Origin: Dehalococcoidales bacterium
GTDB taxonomy: Bacteria > Chloroflexota > Dehalococcoidia > Dehalococcoidales > RBG-16-60-22
NCBI GenBank assembly: GCA_050014095.1
Contig: JBEKDZ010000001.1
Coordinates: 142,560-206,559, forward strand
Direction of reading: 5' to 3'
Length of the DNA stretch: 64,000 bases
This document shows positions 46,280 through 55,003 of this stretch, in pieces (position 1 is the first letter of the stretch; every line of letters starts with the position of its first letter). The position numbers and the translations under genes are program-made. The notes under the pieces are model-generated. The model had not been told where the DNA came from, did not search any database, and saw only the letters and a program-made list of their open reading frames with translations.

Positions 46280-46630
46280 TTACTTCTTCCCCTTCTTTAT
46301 AGCGTCTAAAGTCTCTCTCGCGGCTGGATAATGCTTAATAACAGCCTCTAGTTTGGCGCACGGGTAGGATACGCAATACCCGCAGTTTTCCAGGCCTTTT
46401 TCCACAGCGCAGGTGCGTATTTCACACATGGAGCAATGACCCATTTTCACACCTTTGGAATTGCAGCCGGTGCAGTTAACAGCCGAGGCTGGCATTACGG
46501 GGATATTGTACTGCTTGGCCCACTTTTCGGCCTGCGCCTGGCGCAGTTTATCATCGTTTTTAACGGTGGCGATATAGGCGCCGCATTCGGAGCAGACCAG
46601 TCCGCAGTAGGCAATCATTTTTTCAGCCAT
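46280..46630 (-). CDS. DUF3795 Cys-rich protein inserted between atpA and atpG
   Basis: YCGLVCSECGAY, CTGCNS and CSMCEIRTCAVEKGLENCGYCVSYPCAKL. A strong ggagg RBS is present. The stop lies 3 nt before the atpG start. Confidence 0.8.
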   Translation of the reverse strand: MAEKMIAYCGLVCSECGAYIATVKNDDKLRQAQAEKWAKQYNIPVMPASAVNCTGCNSKGVKMGHCSMCEIRTCAVEKGLENCGYCVSYPCAKLEAVIKHYPAARETLDAIKKGKK

Positions 46631-46650
46631 TTAACATCCTCCGCTTAACC

Positions 46651-46720
46651 GTCATTCCCGACCTGATCGGGAATCCAGGGGGTAAAAGGGTGTGGATTCC
46701 AGCTTTCGCTGGAATGACGG
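46651..46720. repeat. two hairpin repeats in opposite orientation (atpA-DUF3795 gap)
   Basis: gtcattcccgacctgatcgggaatccaggg (46651-46680) and tggattccagctttcgctggaatgacgg (46693-46720). Confidence 0.8.
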
Positions 46721-46726
46721 TACTAA

Positions 46727-48238
46727 TTACTTACCAAATCCCTGCTTAAACTCCTGAATCGCTTTTTTCAGCTTTTCTTCGGCGTCGGCGCTTAAGTCTT
46801 TAGTCTTGGCGATGGATTCACCGACCTCTCGATAGCTTGCTTCGATAAAACGGTAGAACTCCGTGTCAAAAGCGGCAACTCTGCCCAATGGTATATCGTC
46901 CAGGTGGCCGTTGATAACGGCATAAAGTATCATCACCTGTCTTTCCAGCGGCACGGGTACGAACTGCCCCTGTTTTAAGACTTCCTGGATGCGCAGGCCC
47001 CGCTCCAGTTGGGCGCGGGTGGCTTTATCGAGCTCGGCGGTGCCGAACTGGGCGAATGCCGCCACCTCACGGTACTGCCCCATGTCCAACTTGAGCCGGC
47101 TCGCCACCTTCTTCATCGCCGGAGTCTGGGCTTTACTGCCCACGCGTGATACGGAGATGCCCACGTTCAAGGCCGGTTTGATGCCGGCGTTAAACAGGTC
47201 CGACTCCACGTAAAGCTGGCCATCAGTAATAGAAATAACGTTGGTGGGGATATAGGCGGAGACATCGCCAGCCTGCGTTTCGATAATCGGCAGCGCCGTC
47301 ATCGAGCCGCCGCCATATTCTTTAGCGTATTTCGCGGCTCGCTCAAGCAGGCGGCTGTGTAGATAAAACACATCCCCAGGGTAAGCCTCACGGCCCGGCG
47401 GCCGACGCAATAATAATGAAAGCTGACGGTAAGCCCAGGCGTGCTTGGAAAGGTCATCATAAATAATCAAAACGTCTTTGCCCTGCTCCATGAACTCCTC
47501 GCCCATGGCGCAGCCGGCATAAGGAGCTAAATATTGCAAAGCCACGGAGTCCGCCGCACTGGCGGCAACGACGATGGTATGCTCCATAGCGCCGTAATTA
47601 TTCAAAGTCGCCACCACGCGCGCCACCTGCGATACCTTCTGGCCGATAGCCACATAAATACAAATCAGGTCGCCGCTTTTTTGATTGATAATCGCATCCA
47701 AAGCGATGGCGGTTTTACCGGTAGAGCGGTCGCCGATGATAAGCTCACGCTGTCCCCTGCCGATGGGGAACATGCTGTCCACGGCTTTAATACCGGTCTG
47801 AACCGGTGTATCCACCGGGGCGCGTAAGACAACGTTAGGGGCGACGCGCTCAATGGGACGGGTCTTTTCCGTCTTTACCGCTCCCTTGCCATCCAGAGGA
47901 CGCCCGAGCGAGTCGACGACACGACCAATCATCGCTTCGCCCACGGGCACTTCCGCGATGCGTCCGGTGCACTTGACCTCATCGCCCTCTTTGATGCCGG
48001 TATAATCACCTAAAATTACGGCGGAGACGCTATCCTCTTCGAGGTTTAAAGCGATGCCGATAACATCATTGGGGAACTGTAACAGCTCGTTATACTTAGC
48101 GGAAGCCAGGCCGTGAATCCTGGCGATGCCGTCGCCTATCTCAATAACGGTGCCGACATCCACCATGGTCACCGCCGTGCCGAACTGTTCAATCTGCTGT
48201 TTTAATATAGAAACGATATCTTCGCCCCGTGTTGCCAT
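46727..48238 (-). CDS. atpA: F0F1 ATP synthase subunit alpha
   Basis: P-loop GDRSTGKT, 503 aa. Confidence 0.98.
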   Translation of the reverse strand: MATRGEDIVSILKQQIEQFGTAVTMVDVGTVIEIGDGIARIHGLASAKYNELLQFPNDVIGIALNLEEDSVSAVILGDYTGIKEGDEVKCTGRIAEVPVGEAMIGRVVDSLGRPLDGKGAVKTEKTRPIERVAPNVVLRAPVDTPVQTGIKAVDSMFPIGRGQRELIIGDRSTGKTAIALDAIINQKSGDLICIYVAIGQKVSQVARVVATLNNYGAMEHTIVVAASAADSVALQYLAPYAGCAMGEEFMEQGKDVLIIYDDLSKHAWAYRQLSLLLRRPPGREAYPGDVFYLHSRLLERAAKYAKEYGGGSMTALPIIETQAGDVSAYIPTNVISITDGQLYVESDLFNAGIKPALNVGISVSRVGSKAQTPAMKKVASRLKLDMGQYREVAAFAQFGTAELDKATRAQLERGLRIQEVLKQGQFVPVPLERQVMILYAVINGHLDDIPLGRVAAFDTEFYRFIEASYREVGESIAKTKDLSADAEEKLKKAIQEFKQGFGK

Positions 48239-48264
48239 AGGCGTTGCCTCCTAATTACACTGAA

Positions 48265-48807
48265 TTATACTTTTCCCCCGCTCACCAACTCTTTTTTTAA
48301 AGCCAATAGTTTGCTGCTGGTGCTGCCGTCCAGCAGCTTGCCGTCCACCCTGACGACCAAACCGCCCAAAATAGCCGGGTCTACCTGCGACGATATTTCC
48401 ACCCTGGCATCCATCAATTCGCCCAACTTAGCTGCCAATTTATTCTTCTCTTTATCATCGATAGGAACGGCAGTGATAACGTCCGCCGCTTTTATCCCGC
48501 GATGTATATTAAGCAGGCGCTGATACTCTTGCGCGACTTCCCCGATGATTCCGATAGCCGAGCGGGATATCAAAAGCAGTGTAAGGTTTATTGCCAATGG
48601 GTTGATGGCGCCCAGACGCTCCGCTAGAAAACGGGATTTATCCTCAAGTTTAATCTTCGGACTCTCCAGCGCGGCGAGCAAATCGCCTTCGCTAACGGCA
48701 GCGACGACCTTATGTAGGTCGGTCTGCCACCGCTCTAGTTCGTTTTTCTCCAGCGCTATCTCAAATATCGCTTGAGCGTAGCGCCGGGCATTCGCCTTTT
48801 TCGCCAT
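48265..48807 (-). CDS. atpH: F0F1 ATP synthase subunit delta (OSCP)
   Basis: Its position between atpF and atpA, a length of 180 aa, the YAQAIFEIA start and DGSTSSKL near the C-terminus. Confidence 0.85.
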   Translation of the reverse strand: MAKKANARRYAQAIFEIALEKNELERWQTDLHKVVAAVSEGDLLAALESPKIKLEDKSRFLAERLGAINPLAINLTLLLISRSAIGIIGEVAQEYQRLLNIHRGIKAADVITAVPIDDKEKNKLAAKLGELMDARVEISSQVDPAILGGLVVRVDGKLLDGSTSSKLLALKKELVSGGKV

Positions 48808-48828
48808 AATTCGTTATCAACCTTTGAT

Positions 48829-48900
48829 GTCATCCTGAACGAAGTGAAGGATCCGTAATCACTAACGGACTCTTCGGTCGTTTCACTCCCTCAAGAGTGA
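48829..48900. repeat. hairpin repeats in the atpF-atpH gap
   Basis: gtcatcctgaacgaagtgaaggatc (48829-48853, reverse complement of 17584-17608) and tcactc-cctcaa-gagtga (48883-48900). Confidence 0.75.
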
Positions 48901-48908
48901 CATCGATA

Positions 48909-49418
48909 CTATTCTTTTTTCAGGGAAGCGCTTTCTTCCAGTACCTTTTCGATAAGCTCGCGGTGCTCCTCTTTATCCAAGGATTTCTCGATAACCTTGC
49001 CTGCTGCCAGCACTGTTAAATCGGCGAATTCGCGGCGTACATCATTAACCGCGGCATCGCGCTCCTGGTGGATTTCCGAGCGCGCCCGTACGATGAGCTT
49101 TTCCGTCTCCCTTTTCGCGTCTTCCTCCGCCTTTTGCTTTATCTCCTCACCCGCCTTAATCGCGCGGGCGATTCTCTCTTGTCCCTCGCGACCGGCTTGT
49201 TCCAGCTGCTTTTTAAGCTCCTTTTCTGTTTTAGCCGATTGTGTCTTAACGGCTTCCGCCTGCTCCAGGCTGTCTTTCACCCGCTTGGAGCGCTCATCGA
49301 GCATACGCATCAGCGGCTTATAGGCGACAAAGCGTAAGAGCACCAGCAGGATGATAAAGGTTACCACCTGCGTTAAGAGCACTCCCCAGTTGATACCCAA
49401 TTCAGATATACCACCCAT
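48909..49418 (-). CDS. atpF: F0F1 ATP synthase subunit b
   Basis: A single N-terminal TM helix followed by a long charged helix. The operon position fits. Confidence 0.85.
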   Translation of the reverse strand: MGGISELGINWGVLLTQVVTFIILLVLLRFVAYKPLMRMLDERSKRVKDSLEQAEAVKTQSAKTEKELKKQLEQAGREGQERIARAIKAGEEIKQKAEEDAKRETEKLIVRARSEIHQERDAAVNDVRREFADLTVLAAGKVIEKSLDKEEHRELIEKVLEESASLKKE

Positions 49419-49454
49419 ATGAACCCCCTTGGTTGTTTACCTTAACGGGATTTT

Positions 49455-49574
49455 CTATGCGCCTGCTGGCATCGTCAGGATAGCATGAATCAGTATACCG
49501 GCAAAGACGATGACGCCGACGATTACCGCCCCGATGATAATCGATATGAAATTAGGTAATCCTTCGTTTTCCAT
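49455..49574 (-). CDS. 39-aa single-TM peptide between atpE and atpF (hypothetical)
   Basis: MENEGLPNFISIIIGAVIVGVIVFAGILIHAILTMPAGA with a gggggt RBS-like element 5 nt upstream. It is below the track's size cutoff. Confidence 0.3.
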   Translation of the reverse strand: MENEGLPNFISIIIGAVIVGVIVFAGILIHAILTMPAGA

Positions 49575-49618
49575 ATTTACCCCCATAATATTTACATTTT
49601 CCCAATTTGTCAGCCCGA

Positions 49619-49849
49619 CTAGAATACAAAGCCGAGCAATATCGCCACAACCAGGGCATAAATGGCAATGGCTTCCGCCATAGCAATGGCTAACAGCATA
49701 TTGGTAAATATGGGACCTCTTGCTTCCGGATTGCGCGCCAAGCCCTGCATGGCGCCATAGCCAAGAATACCGATACCCAGTCCGGGTCCTAATGACCCCA
49801 ACCCCATGACGAGACCGATGGCGAGCATTTTCATGGTTCCTGCATCCAT
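49619..49849 (-). CDS. atpE: F0F1 ATP synthase subunit c
   Basis: A two-TM hairpin with loop ARNPEA and the carboxylate helix AMAEAIAIYALVVA. Confidence 0.95.
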   Translation of the reverse strand: MDAGTMKMLAIGLVMGLGSLGPGLGIGILGYGAMQGLARNPEARGPIFTNMLLAIAMAEAIAIYALVVAILLGFVF

Positions 49850-49893
49850 TTTATATTCCTCCTTAAAATTATTGAATTAATATCTCTAAAGTC

Positions 49894-50865
49894 TTAATGC
49901 GACTCCGCTTCATGTGAGGTAACCGCCATCGTGGCAAAGACAAGCGTTAAGATACTGAAGACCAGTGCCTGTACCAGACCGACGAGAAGCTCGAAGCCAT
50001 AGATTGCCCAGTTTAACGCCAGCGGCAGTAAGAAAGCTCCGATAAGCACCAGTATCTCCCCGGCAGTCATATTGCCGAAAAGACGAAAAGTAAAACTGAT
50101 AAGACGGATAAGCATACTCAAGAACTCCAGCCCGCCGACGAAGATATTGACCACACCGGAGAAAATATCCATGACGTTTATTTTACCCTTAAAAACCCGC
50201 CCGACGCTCCGGATAAAAGGCCCGAAGTTAAAATACTGCTTCAGCCAGCCGGTCCCCAGCGCCTTAAGCCCATAATAAGATACGAAGAAGAAAGAGACGA
50301 TAGCTAAAGCCAGCGGGGTATTCAAATCCGTGTTGGCGCCACGTAAAAGCTCATGTTCGCCACCGCCAGTATTTAATAAAATAGAACCGAAGCCGGGGAT
50401 AAGGCTTAACCAGGCGTTAAACGCCACAAAGAGAAAGATGGTGCAAACTACCGGGAAAAATTTACGCACGTTTTCCTTACCGGCAACGCTTTCACAGAGG
50501 TCATAAACCCAACCGAGGATGAACTCGAAGACCGTTTGCACCCTGCCGGGCACCAACTTCATGCGGCGGGTTATCAGCCAGCTAACGAGGACCAGGAAAA
50601 TAACGGTTATCCAGCCGGCAAGGATAGTATTGGTAATAGGAATGCCGAACACGGTAAAGAGTTGCGGTGCCGCGAGATGGATTTGCGGTTTTTCCACCAC
50701 CAGCCAGGAAGGGAACTCAATATGGATTCCGAAGCGCTCCATCAATCCCTGCCCGATGGGACCAGCCAGCAAACCGATGAAGACGATAGCGATGGCAATA
50801 ATGCCAACAATAATTAATATGGGAAACGAGCATCCCAGGCAGCCGCGTTTCTTAGGCCCGGTCAT
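49894..50865 (-). CDS. atpB: F0F1 ATP synthase subunit a (with long N-terminal extension)
   Basis: Conserved Arg helix FRLFGNMTAGE, 323 aa. Confidence 0.9.
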   Translation of the reverse strand: MTGPKKRGCLGCSFPILIIVGIIAIAIVFIGLLAGPIGQGLMERFGIHIEFPSWLVVEKPQIHLAAPQLFTVFGIPITNTILAGWITVIFLVLVSWLITRRMKLVPGRVQTVFEFILGWVYDLCESVAGKENVRKFFPVVCTIFLFVAFNAWLSLIPGFGSILLNTGGGEHELLRGANTDLNTPLALAIVSFFFVSYYGLKALGTGWLKQYFNFGPFIRSVGRVFKGKINVMDIFSGVVNIFVGGLEFLSMLIRLISFTFRLFGNMTAGEILVLIGAFLLPLALNWAIYGFELLVGLVQALVFSILTLVFATMAVTSHEAESH

Positions 50866-51104
50866 GAGCCGTTCTCCTTATTTTTTTGTTCGTTAATGAT
50901 ACCCCGAATCATGTGGTAGACTCCATAAACGGCTACTACAATACCAGCCACCAGGCCTATAATCATGAATAACGGTTCTTTACCACCCAACCACCAGCCT
51001 AATAGTGCCCCGCCGACGATGCAGGTCGCTATATAAAAACCAACACCGGTCAACCTTAATGCCGGTATCCATTTATCCATACCGACTCGCTGCTCCCGAC
51101 ACAA
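50862..51104 (-). CDS. AtpZ/AtpI-like small membrane protein
   Basis: Two TM helices (GVGFYIATCIVGGALLGWWLG, IIGLVAGIVVAVYG). It overlaps the atpB start. The true start may be ATG 51080 rather than TTG 51104. Confidence 0.65.
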   Translation of the reverse strand: MCREQRVGMDKWIPALRLTGVGFYIATCIVGGALLGWWLGGKEPLFMIIGLVAGIVVAVYGVYHMIRGIINEQKNKENGS

Positions 51105-51273
51105 AAGTATAATAGCAGAATCTAACGCAAAGGGTCAAAATTTAGTGCAATATAAGAAGAAGTTTGGCTGTGCTTATAAAAACGCGCACGTGACATCATT
51201 ACACGTATAATTTTGAGTAATGATTTTTCTCCGTCGTGACGCCGCTATTTCCTTGATGGTTGACAAGAACTAA

Positions 51274-51570
51274 CTATATTTTCTTACCCTTGAACGGCGA
51301 GGAGCCAAAATTGCCGGCTTTAACCTCGCCGGAGATATCGTTGCCTGTAACTTTGCCGGTATATTCCAGCTTCATCTGCCCCATGGGGCTGGATATATCA
51401 GTGTCCCATGTTACTACATCTCCTTTAACCGTACCCGTGAAGTCATTTTTACCAAAAGCGCTTTCTGCCGTGCCGCTTAATTTGTCACCGGCCGTTTTAA
51501 GAGTCAATGTAGCTTCCTGTTTTCCCATCGGAGTATCAATTTCGATTTTATAAGTACCGTCAATAGCCAT
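51274..51570 (-). CDS. small beta-rich hypothetical protein (98 aa)
   Basis: ATG 51570 has a ggaggg RBS. It shows an internally duplicated pattern (DTPMGKQEATLTLK / SSPMGQMKLEYTGK). The track start at 51609 has no RBS. Confidence 0.5.
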   Translation of the reverse strand: MAIDGTYKIEIDTPMGKQEATLTLKTAGDKLSGTAESAFGKNDFTGTVKGDVVTWDTDISSPMGQMKLEYTGKVTGNDISGEVKAGNFGSSPFKGKKI

Positions 51571-51643
51571 AGTGTCCCTCCATATCGTTAGTAGTAAAGA
51601 CGTTTTCAACGCATATTAGCATCGCAGCACATCATTGTCAAAT

Positions 51644-51672
51644 AAAAAGAGCCCCGATATAATCGGGGCTCT
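51644..51672 (-). terminator. rho-independent terminator after the bifunctional nuclease gene
   Basis: On the minus strand, agagccccg-attatat-cggggctct is followed by ttttt. Confidence 0.6.
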
Positions 51673-51697
51673 TGAATATCTGCAATTTATTAATCGG

Positions 51698-52255
51698 CTA
51701 GGACTTTCGTTTATCGAAATCGTCCAAATCGAGGGTATTGATGAAGTCGTAAAAAGCGGACATTTTCTTCTTCATCTCTTCATCATTAACCTTGGTGTGC
51801 TTGCCTTCAACCAGTTCCTTATCATCGAAGATAGGTTTGCCCGTTTCGCCATCCAGCAGGATGCCCGCTTTATCCAGCACCGATTCGTCGGCATAAATAG
51901 GCACGCCCGTTCTCACGGCGAGGGCAAGCGCATCGCTGGGGCGGGAATCGACTTCCATCTGCTTCCCGGACGTATCGATGATTACTTTAGCGAAAAAGGT
52001 ATCGTTTTTAAGGTCGTTGACGATAATAGAGTTGACTACTCCCCCGAGGGTATCGATAACCGAGTTGAGCAGGTCGTGCGTCAGCGGGCGGGGCACGGCA
52101 ACTCCCTGAAGCTTGACGGCAATGGCATCCGCTTCCGCCGGACCTATCCAGATGGGTAAGTAACGGTCTGACACTTTTTCCTTCAGAATCACCACGCGCT
52201 GGTAGTTCATCAGGCTAACCCGGATGCTATCAATAGTCATTTCAATCATAGGCAA
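51698..52255 (-). CDS. bifunctional nuclease (BFN/DUF151) family protein
   Basis: RVVILKEKVSDRYLPIWIGPAEADAI, PRPLTHDL and DSRPSDALALAVR. Confidence 0.8.
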   Translation of the reverse strand: MPMIEMTIDSIRVSLMNYQRVVILKEKVSDRYLPIWIGPAEADAIAVKLQGVAVPRPLTHDLLNSVIDTLGGVVNSIIVNDLKNDTFFAKVIIDTSGKQMEVDSRPSDALALAVRTGVPIYADESVLDKAGILLDGETGKPIFDDKELVEGKHTKVNDEEMKKKMSAFYDFINTLDLDDFDKRKS

Positions 52256-52533
52256 ACCTCCCTTCCCCCTTTTTCTTATCCTGGTATTTTTAATTCTAAA
52301 CCCGAATTATCTGCCCTGTCAAATAAATATTTCGTAAATATTTTGCCTCAAAGCCAATAACAATGACATAAAACGCCTTTTCCACTCCTCTGATACCGCC
52401 CCGCTTAAGAGTTCAAGCATATACCTCTTAAAAAATGGGAGTTTTTTGTTAAGCATTTCGGGGCTACTTTGTTGTTCTCCCTTGTTTCACGCCCCCATAA
52501 TATGAGCGCTGGCAAATTTTTTAAAAGGTTTGG

Positions 52534-52562
52534 TTGAAAAACATGAATAAAATTGCTATAAT
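52534..52562 (+). promoter_or_regulatory. candidate ppsA promoter
   Basis: TTGAAA, a 17-nt spacer, then TATAAT. The track's TTG start at 52534 is this -35 hexamer. Confidence 0.5.
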
Positions 52563-52614
52563 GAACCATCATCCTGCCTCGTTTCAATCCCAAAATATTA
52601 ACGGAGGACAACGT

Positions 52615-54864
52615 ATGCGACAGAGTTCCAAGGCGGTAGTCTGGTTCAATGAAGTTACCAAGAAAGACATACCCATCGTCGGGGGGAAAGGCGCTAACCT
52701 TGGCGAAATGACTAATGCCGGCATCCCCGTACCCCCCGGTTTTATCGTCACCGCCTCTGCCTACTTCGATTTCATCGAAAAAGCCAACCTTCATGATAAA
52801 ATTAAGTCCCTCCTCGACCCGCTCGATATTCAAGATAGCAAACAGCTCCAGGAAGTCGCCCTCAAAGTCCAAAAGCTCATCACCGATGCCCCGATACCCA
52901 AAGAAACCGCTAAAGCAATCGAGCAAGCTTACGTGAAAATGGGTAAGGGGCTGGTGGCGGTACGCTCTTCCGCCACAGCCGAAGACCTGCCGGAGGCATC
53001 TTTCGCCGGGCAGCAGGCAACCTTCCTTAATATCGAAGGTGAAAAAGACGTCGTTAAAGCCGTGCAGGACTGCTGGGCGTCACTCTTCGGAGCACGCGCC
53101 ATCTTCTATCGCCAGGAACAGGGCTTCGAACATTTTAAGGTCGGCATTGCCGTGCCCGTACAGCGCATGGTGCAGTCCGAATCATCCGGCGTCATGTTCA
53201 CCATCGAGCCCACGACGAGCAACAAAGAGGAAATCACTATCGAGGCCGTGCTGGGACTGGGTGAAATGATTGTCTCCGGGGATGTAACTCCGGACCATTA
53301 TACCGTGAATAAAAAGGATGTAAAAATACTATCCAAGCAAATTAAAAAACAAGAGTGGAAGCTGGTCAAGGAAGCCGGCGCCCACGGCAAAGATGAAAAT
53401 ATAAAAATTAATCTTACTAAAGAAGAGCAGGCAAAACAGAAAATAACCGACGATGATATCCTCTTCCTGGCAAAAATCGGTAAAACGCTGGAAGAGCACT
53501 ATGATTTCCCGCAGGACGTGGAATGGGCCAAGGAAAACAGCAAAATCTACATCGTCCAGACCCGCCCGGTAACGACTATTAAGAAAGGCAGAGTATCCTC
53601 ACACGATATCGATGCTATCGCGCTTCTATCCGGAGCGCCGGCCAGCCCCGGCGTCGCCTCGGGTCCCGTGAAAATCGTCCCCGACCCCTCCCAGATTGAT
53701 AAAGTCCTTCAAGGCGATATCCTGGTGGCGGAAATGACCACGCCAGATTTCGTCCCCGCGATGAAGCGTGCGGCGGCTATTGTTACTGACCGCGGCGGCA
53801 GAACAGCGCATGCCGCCATCGTCAGCCGCGAATTGGGTATACCTTGCGTGGTGGGTACGGAAAAAGCTACTGCAACTCTTATAGATGGACAAATCATTAC
53901 TGTGGACGGCAGCAATGGTAAAGTCTACCCCGGCAAAATCGAAGTTAAGACCGATATTAAAATTCGCGCCCGCGGCGAGGTCAAGACCAAGACCAAGCTC
54001 CTGGCTAACCTCGCGCAGCCGGAAATCGTCGACCGCATAGCGATGAGAGATGTCGACGGTATCGGTCTCTTGCGCGCCGAGTTCATGGTCGCCGAAATCG
54101 GCGAGCACCCCAGCTATATGATTGAACAGGGACGCGGTCAGGAGTTCGTCGATAAATTAGCTGTCGGTCTAACCAAATTCGCCAAGGCTTTCCATCCTCG
54201 CCAGGTGGTCTACCGCACCAACGACTTTAAGTCCAACGAATATAAAGCGCTCAAGGGCGGCGAGAAATACGAGCAGGACGAAGAAAATCCGATGATCGGC
54301 TACCGCGGCGCCTCGCGTTATATCACAGATATCGCAACCTTCAAGCTCGAGCTTGATGCTATCAAAAAAGTCCGCGAAAAATACGATAACCTGTGGGTGA
54401 TGATTCCCTTCGTGCGCACGGTTTCTGAGATGGCCAGCACCATAAAAATCATGGAGGAAGAGGGACTCAAGCGCTCCGCCAACTTTAAGCTCTGGATGAT
54501 GTGCGAGGTGCCTTCTAACGTTATCCTGCTGGAGAAATTCATTGCCACCGGCATCGACGGCATCTCCATCGGCTCTAACGACCTTACCCAGCTGACGCTC
54601 GGGATCGATAGAGATAGCGCCAAGCTAGCCGCCAGTTTTGACGAGCGCAACGAAGCCGTGATGATTTCCATCGAGAAGGTCGTTCGCACCTGTAAAGAGA
54701 AGGGCGTTACCTGCTCCATTTGCGGTCAGGCTCCTAGCGTCTATCCAGAGATTACGCAAAAGCTGGTGGAGTGGGGCTGCACGAGCATCAGTGTCAGCCC
54801 GGACATGATTGACGTCACCCGTGATATTATCGCCGAAGCGGAGAAAAAATTGGGTATTAAATAG
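52615..54864 (+). CDS. ppsA: phosphoenolpyruvate synthase
   Basis: N-terminal ATP-grasp (GGKGANLGEM), phospho-His domain (GGRTAHAAIVSRELGIP), and a PEP-utilizer TIM barrel (GSNDLTQ). ATG 52615 has a ggagg RBS. Confidence 0.95.
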   Translation: MRQSSKAVVWFNEVTKKDIPIVGGKGANLGEMTNAGIPVPPGFIVTASAYFDFIEKANLHDKIKSLLDPLDIQDSKQLQEVALKVQKLITDAPIPKETAKAIEQAYVKMGKGLVAVRSSATAEDLPEASFAGQQATFLNIEGEKDVVKAVQDCWASLFGARAIFYRQEQGFEHFKVGIAVPVQRMVQSESSGVMFTIEPTTSNKEEITIEAVLGLGEMIVSGDVTPDHYTVNKKDVKILSKQIKKQEWKLVKEAGAHGKDENIKINLTKEEQAKQKITDDDILFLAKIGKTLEEHYDFPQDVEWAKENSKIYIVQTRPVTTIKKGRVSSHDIDAIALLSGAPASPGVASGPVKIVPDPSQIDKVLQGDILVAEMTTPDFVPAMKRAAAIVTDRGGRTAHAAIVSRELGIPCVVGTEKATATLIDGQIITVDGSNGKVYPGKIEVKTDIKIRARGEVKTKTKLLANLAQPEIVDRIAMRDVDGIGLLRAEFMVAEIGEHPSYMIEQGRGQEFVDKLAVGLTKFAKAFHPRQVVYRTNDFKSNEYKALKGGEKYEQDEENPMIGYRGASRYITDIATFKLELDAIKKVREKYDNLWVMIPFVRTVSEMASTIKIMEEEGLKRSANFKLWMMCEVPSNVILLEKFIATGIDGISIGSNDLTQLTLGIDRDSAKLAASFDERNEAVMISIEKVVRTCKEKGVTCSICGQAPSVYPEITQKLVEWGCTSISVSPDMIDVTRDIIAEAEKKLGIK

Positions 54865-54890
54865 ACTTTTTTAGCTTATAATGCTATTGT

Positions 54891-54923
54891 AGGGGCGGAC
54901 ATAAAACCGCCCCTCTTTGTTTT
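54891..54923 (+). terminator. rho-independent terminator after ppsA
   Basis: aggggcgg-acataaaa-ccgcccct followed by ctttgtttt. Confidence 0.6.
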
Positions 54924-55003
54924 AAGGAGGATGATTTGATTTTCTTCTAAGGCTTTAATGATATAATGTAATTATGTAAGCATACAGAAAAAGGAGAGGG
55001 AAG

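Noticed and set aside
52534-52614. TTG 52534 as the ppsA start.
   Set aside because: That TTG is the TTGAAA -35 hexamer of a near-consensus promoter (TATAAT at 52557-52562). ATG 52615 has a ggagg SD, and the alignment-like N-terminus (VVWFNEV) follows it.
51635-52926. Track ORFs 51635-52159 (+) and 52405-52926 (-).
   Set aside because: The first is antisense to the BFN nuclease gene. The second is antisense to the ppsA 5' region and its promoter. Neither has recognisable motifs.
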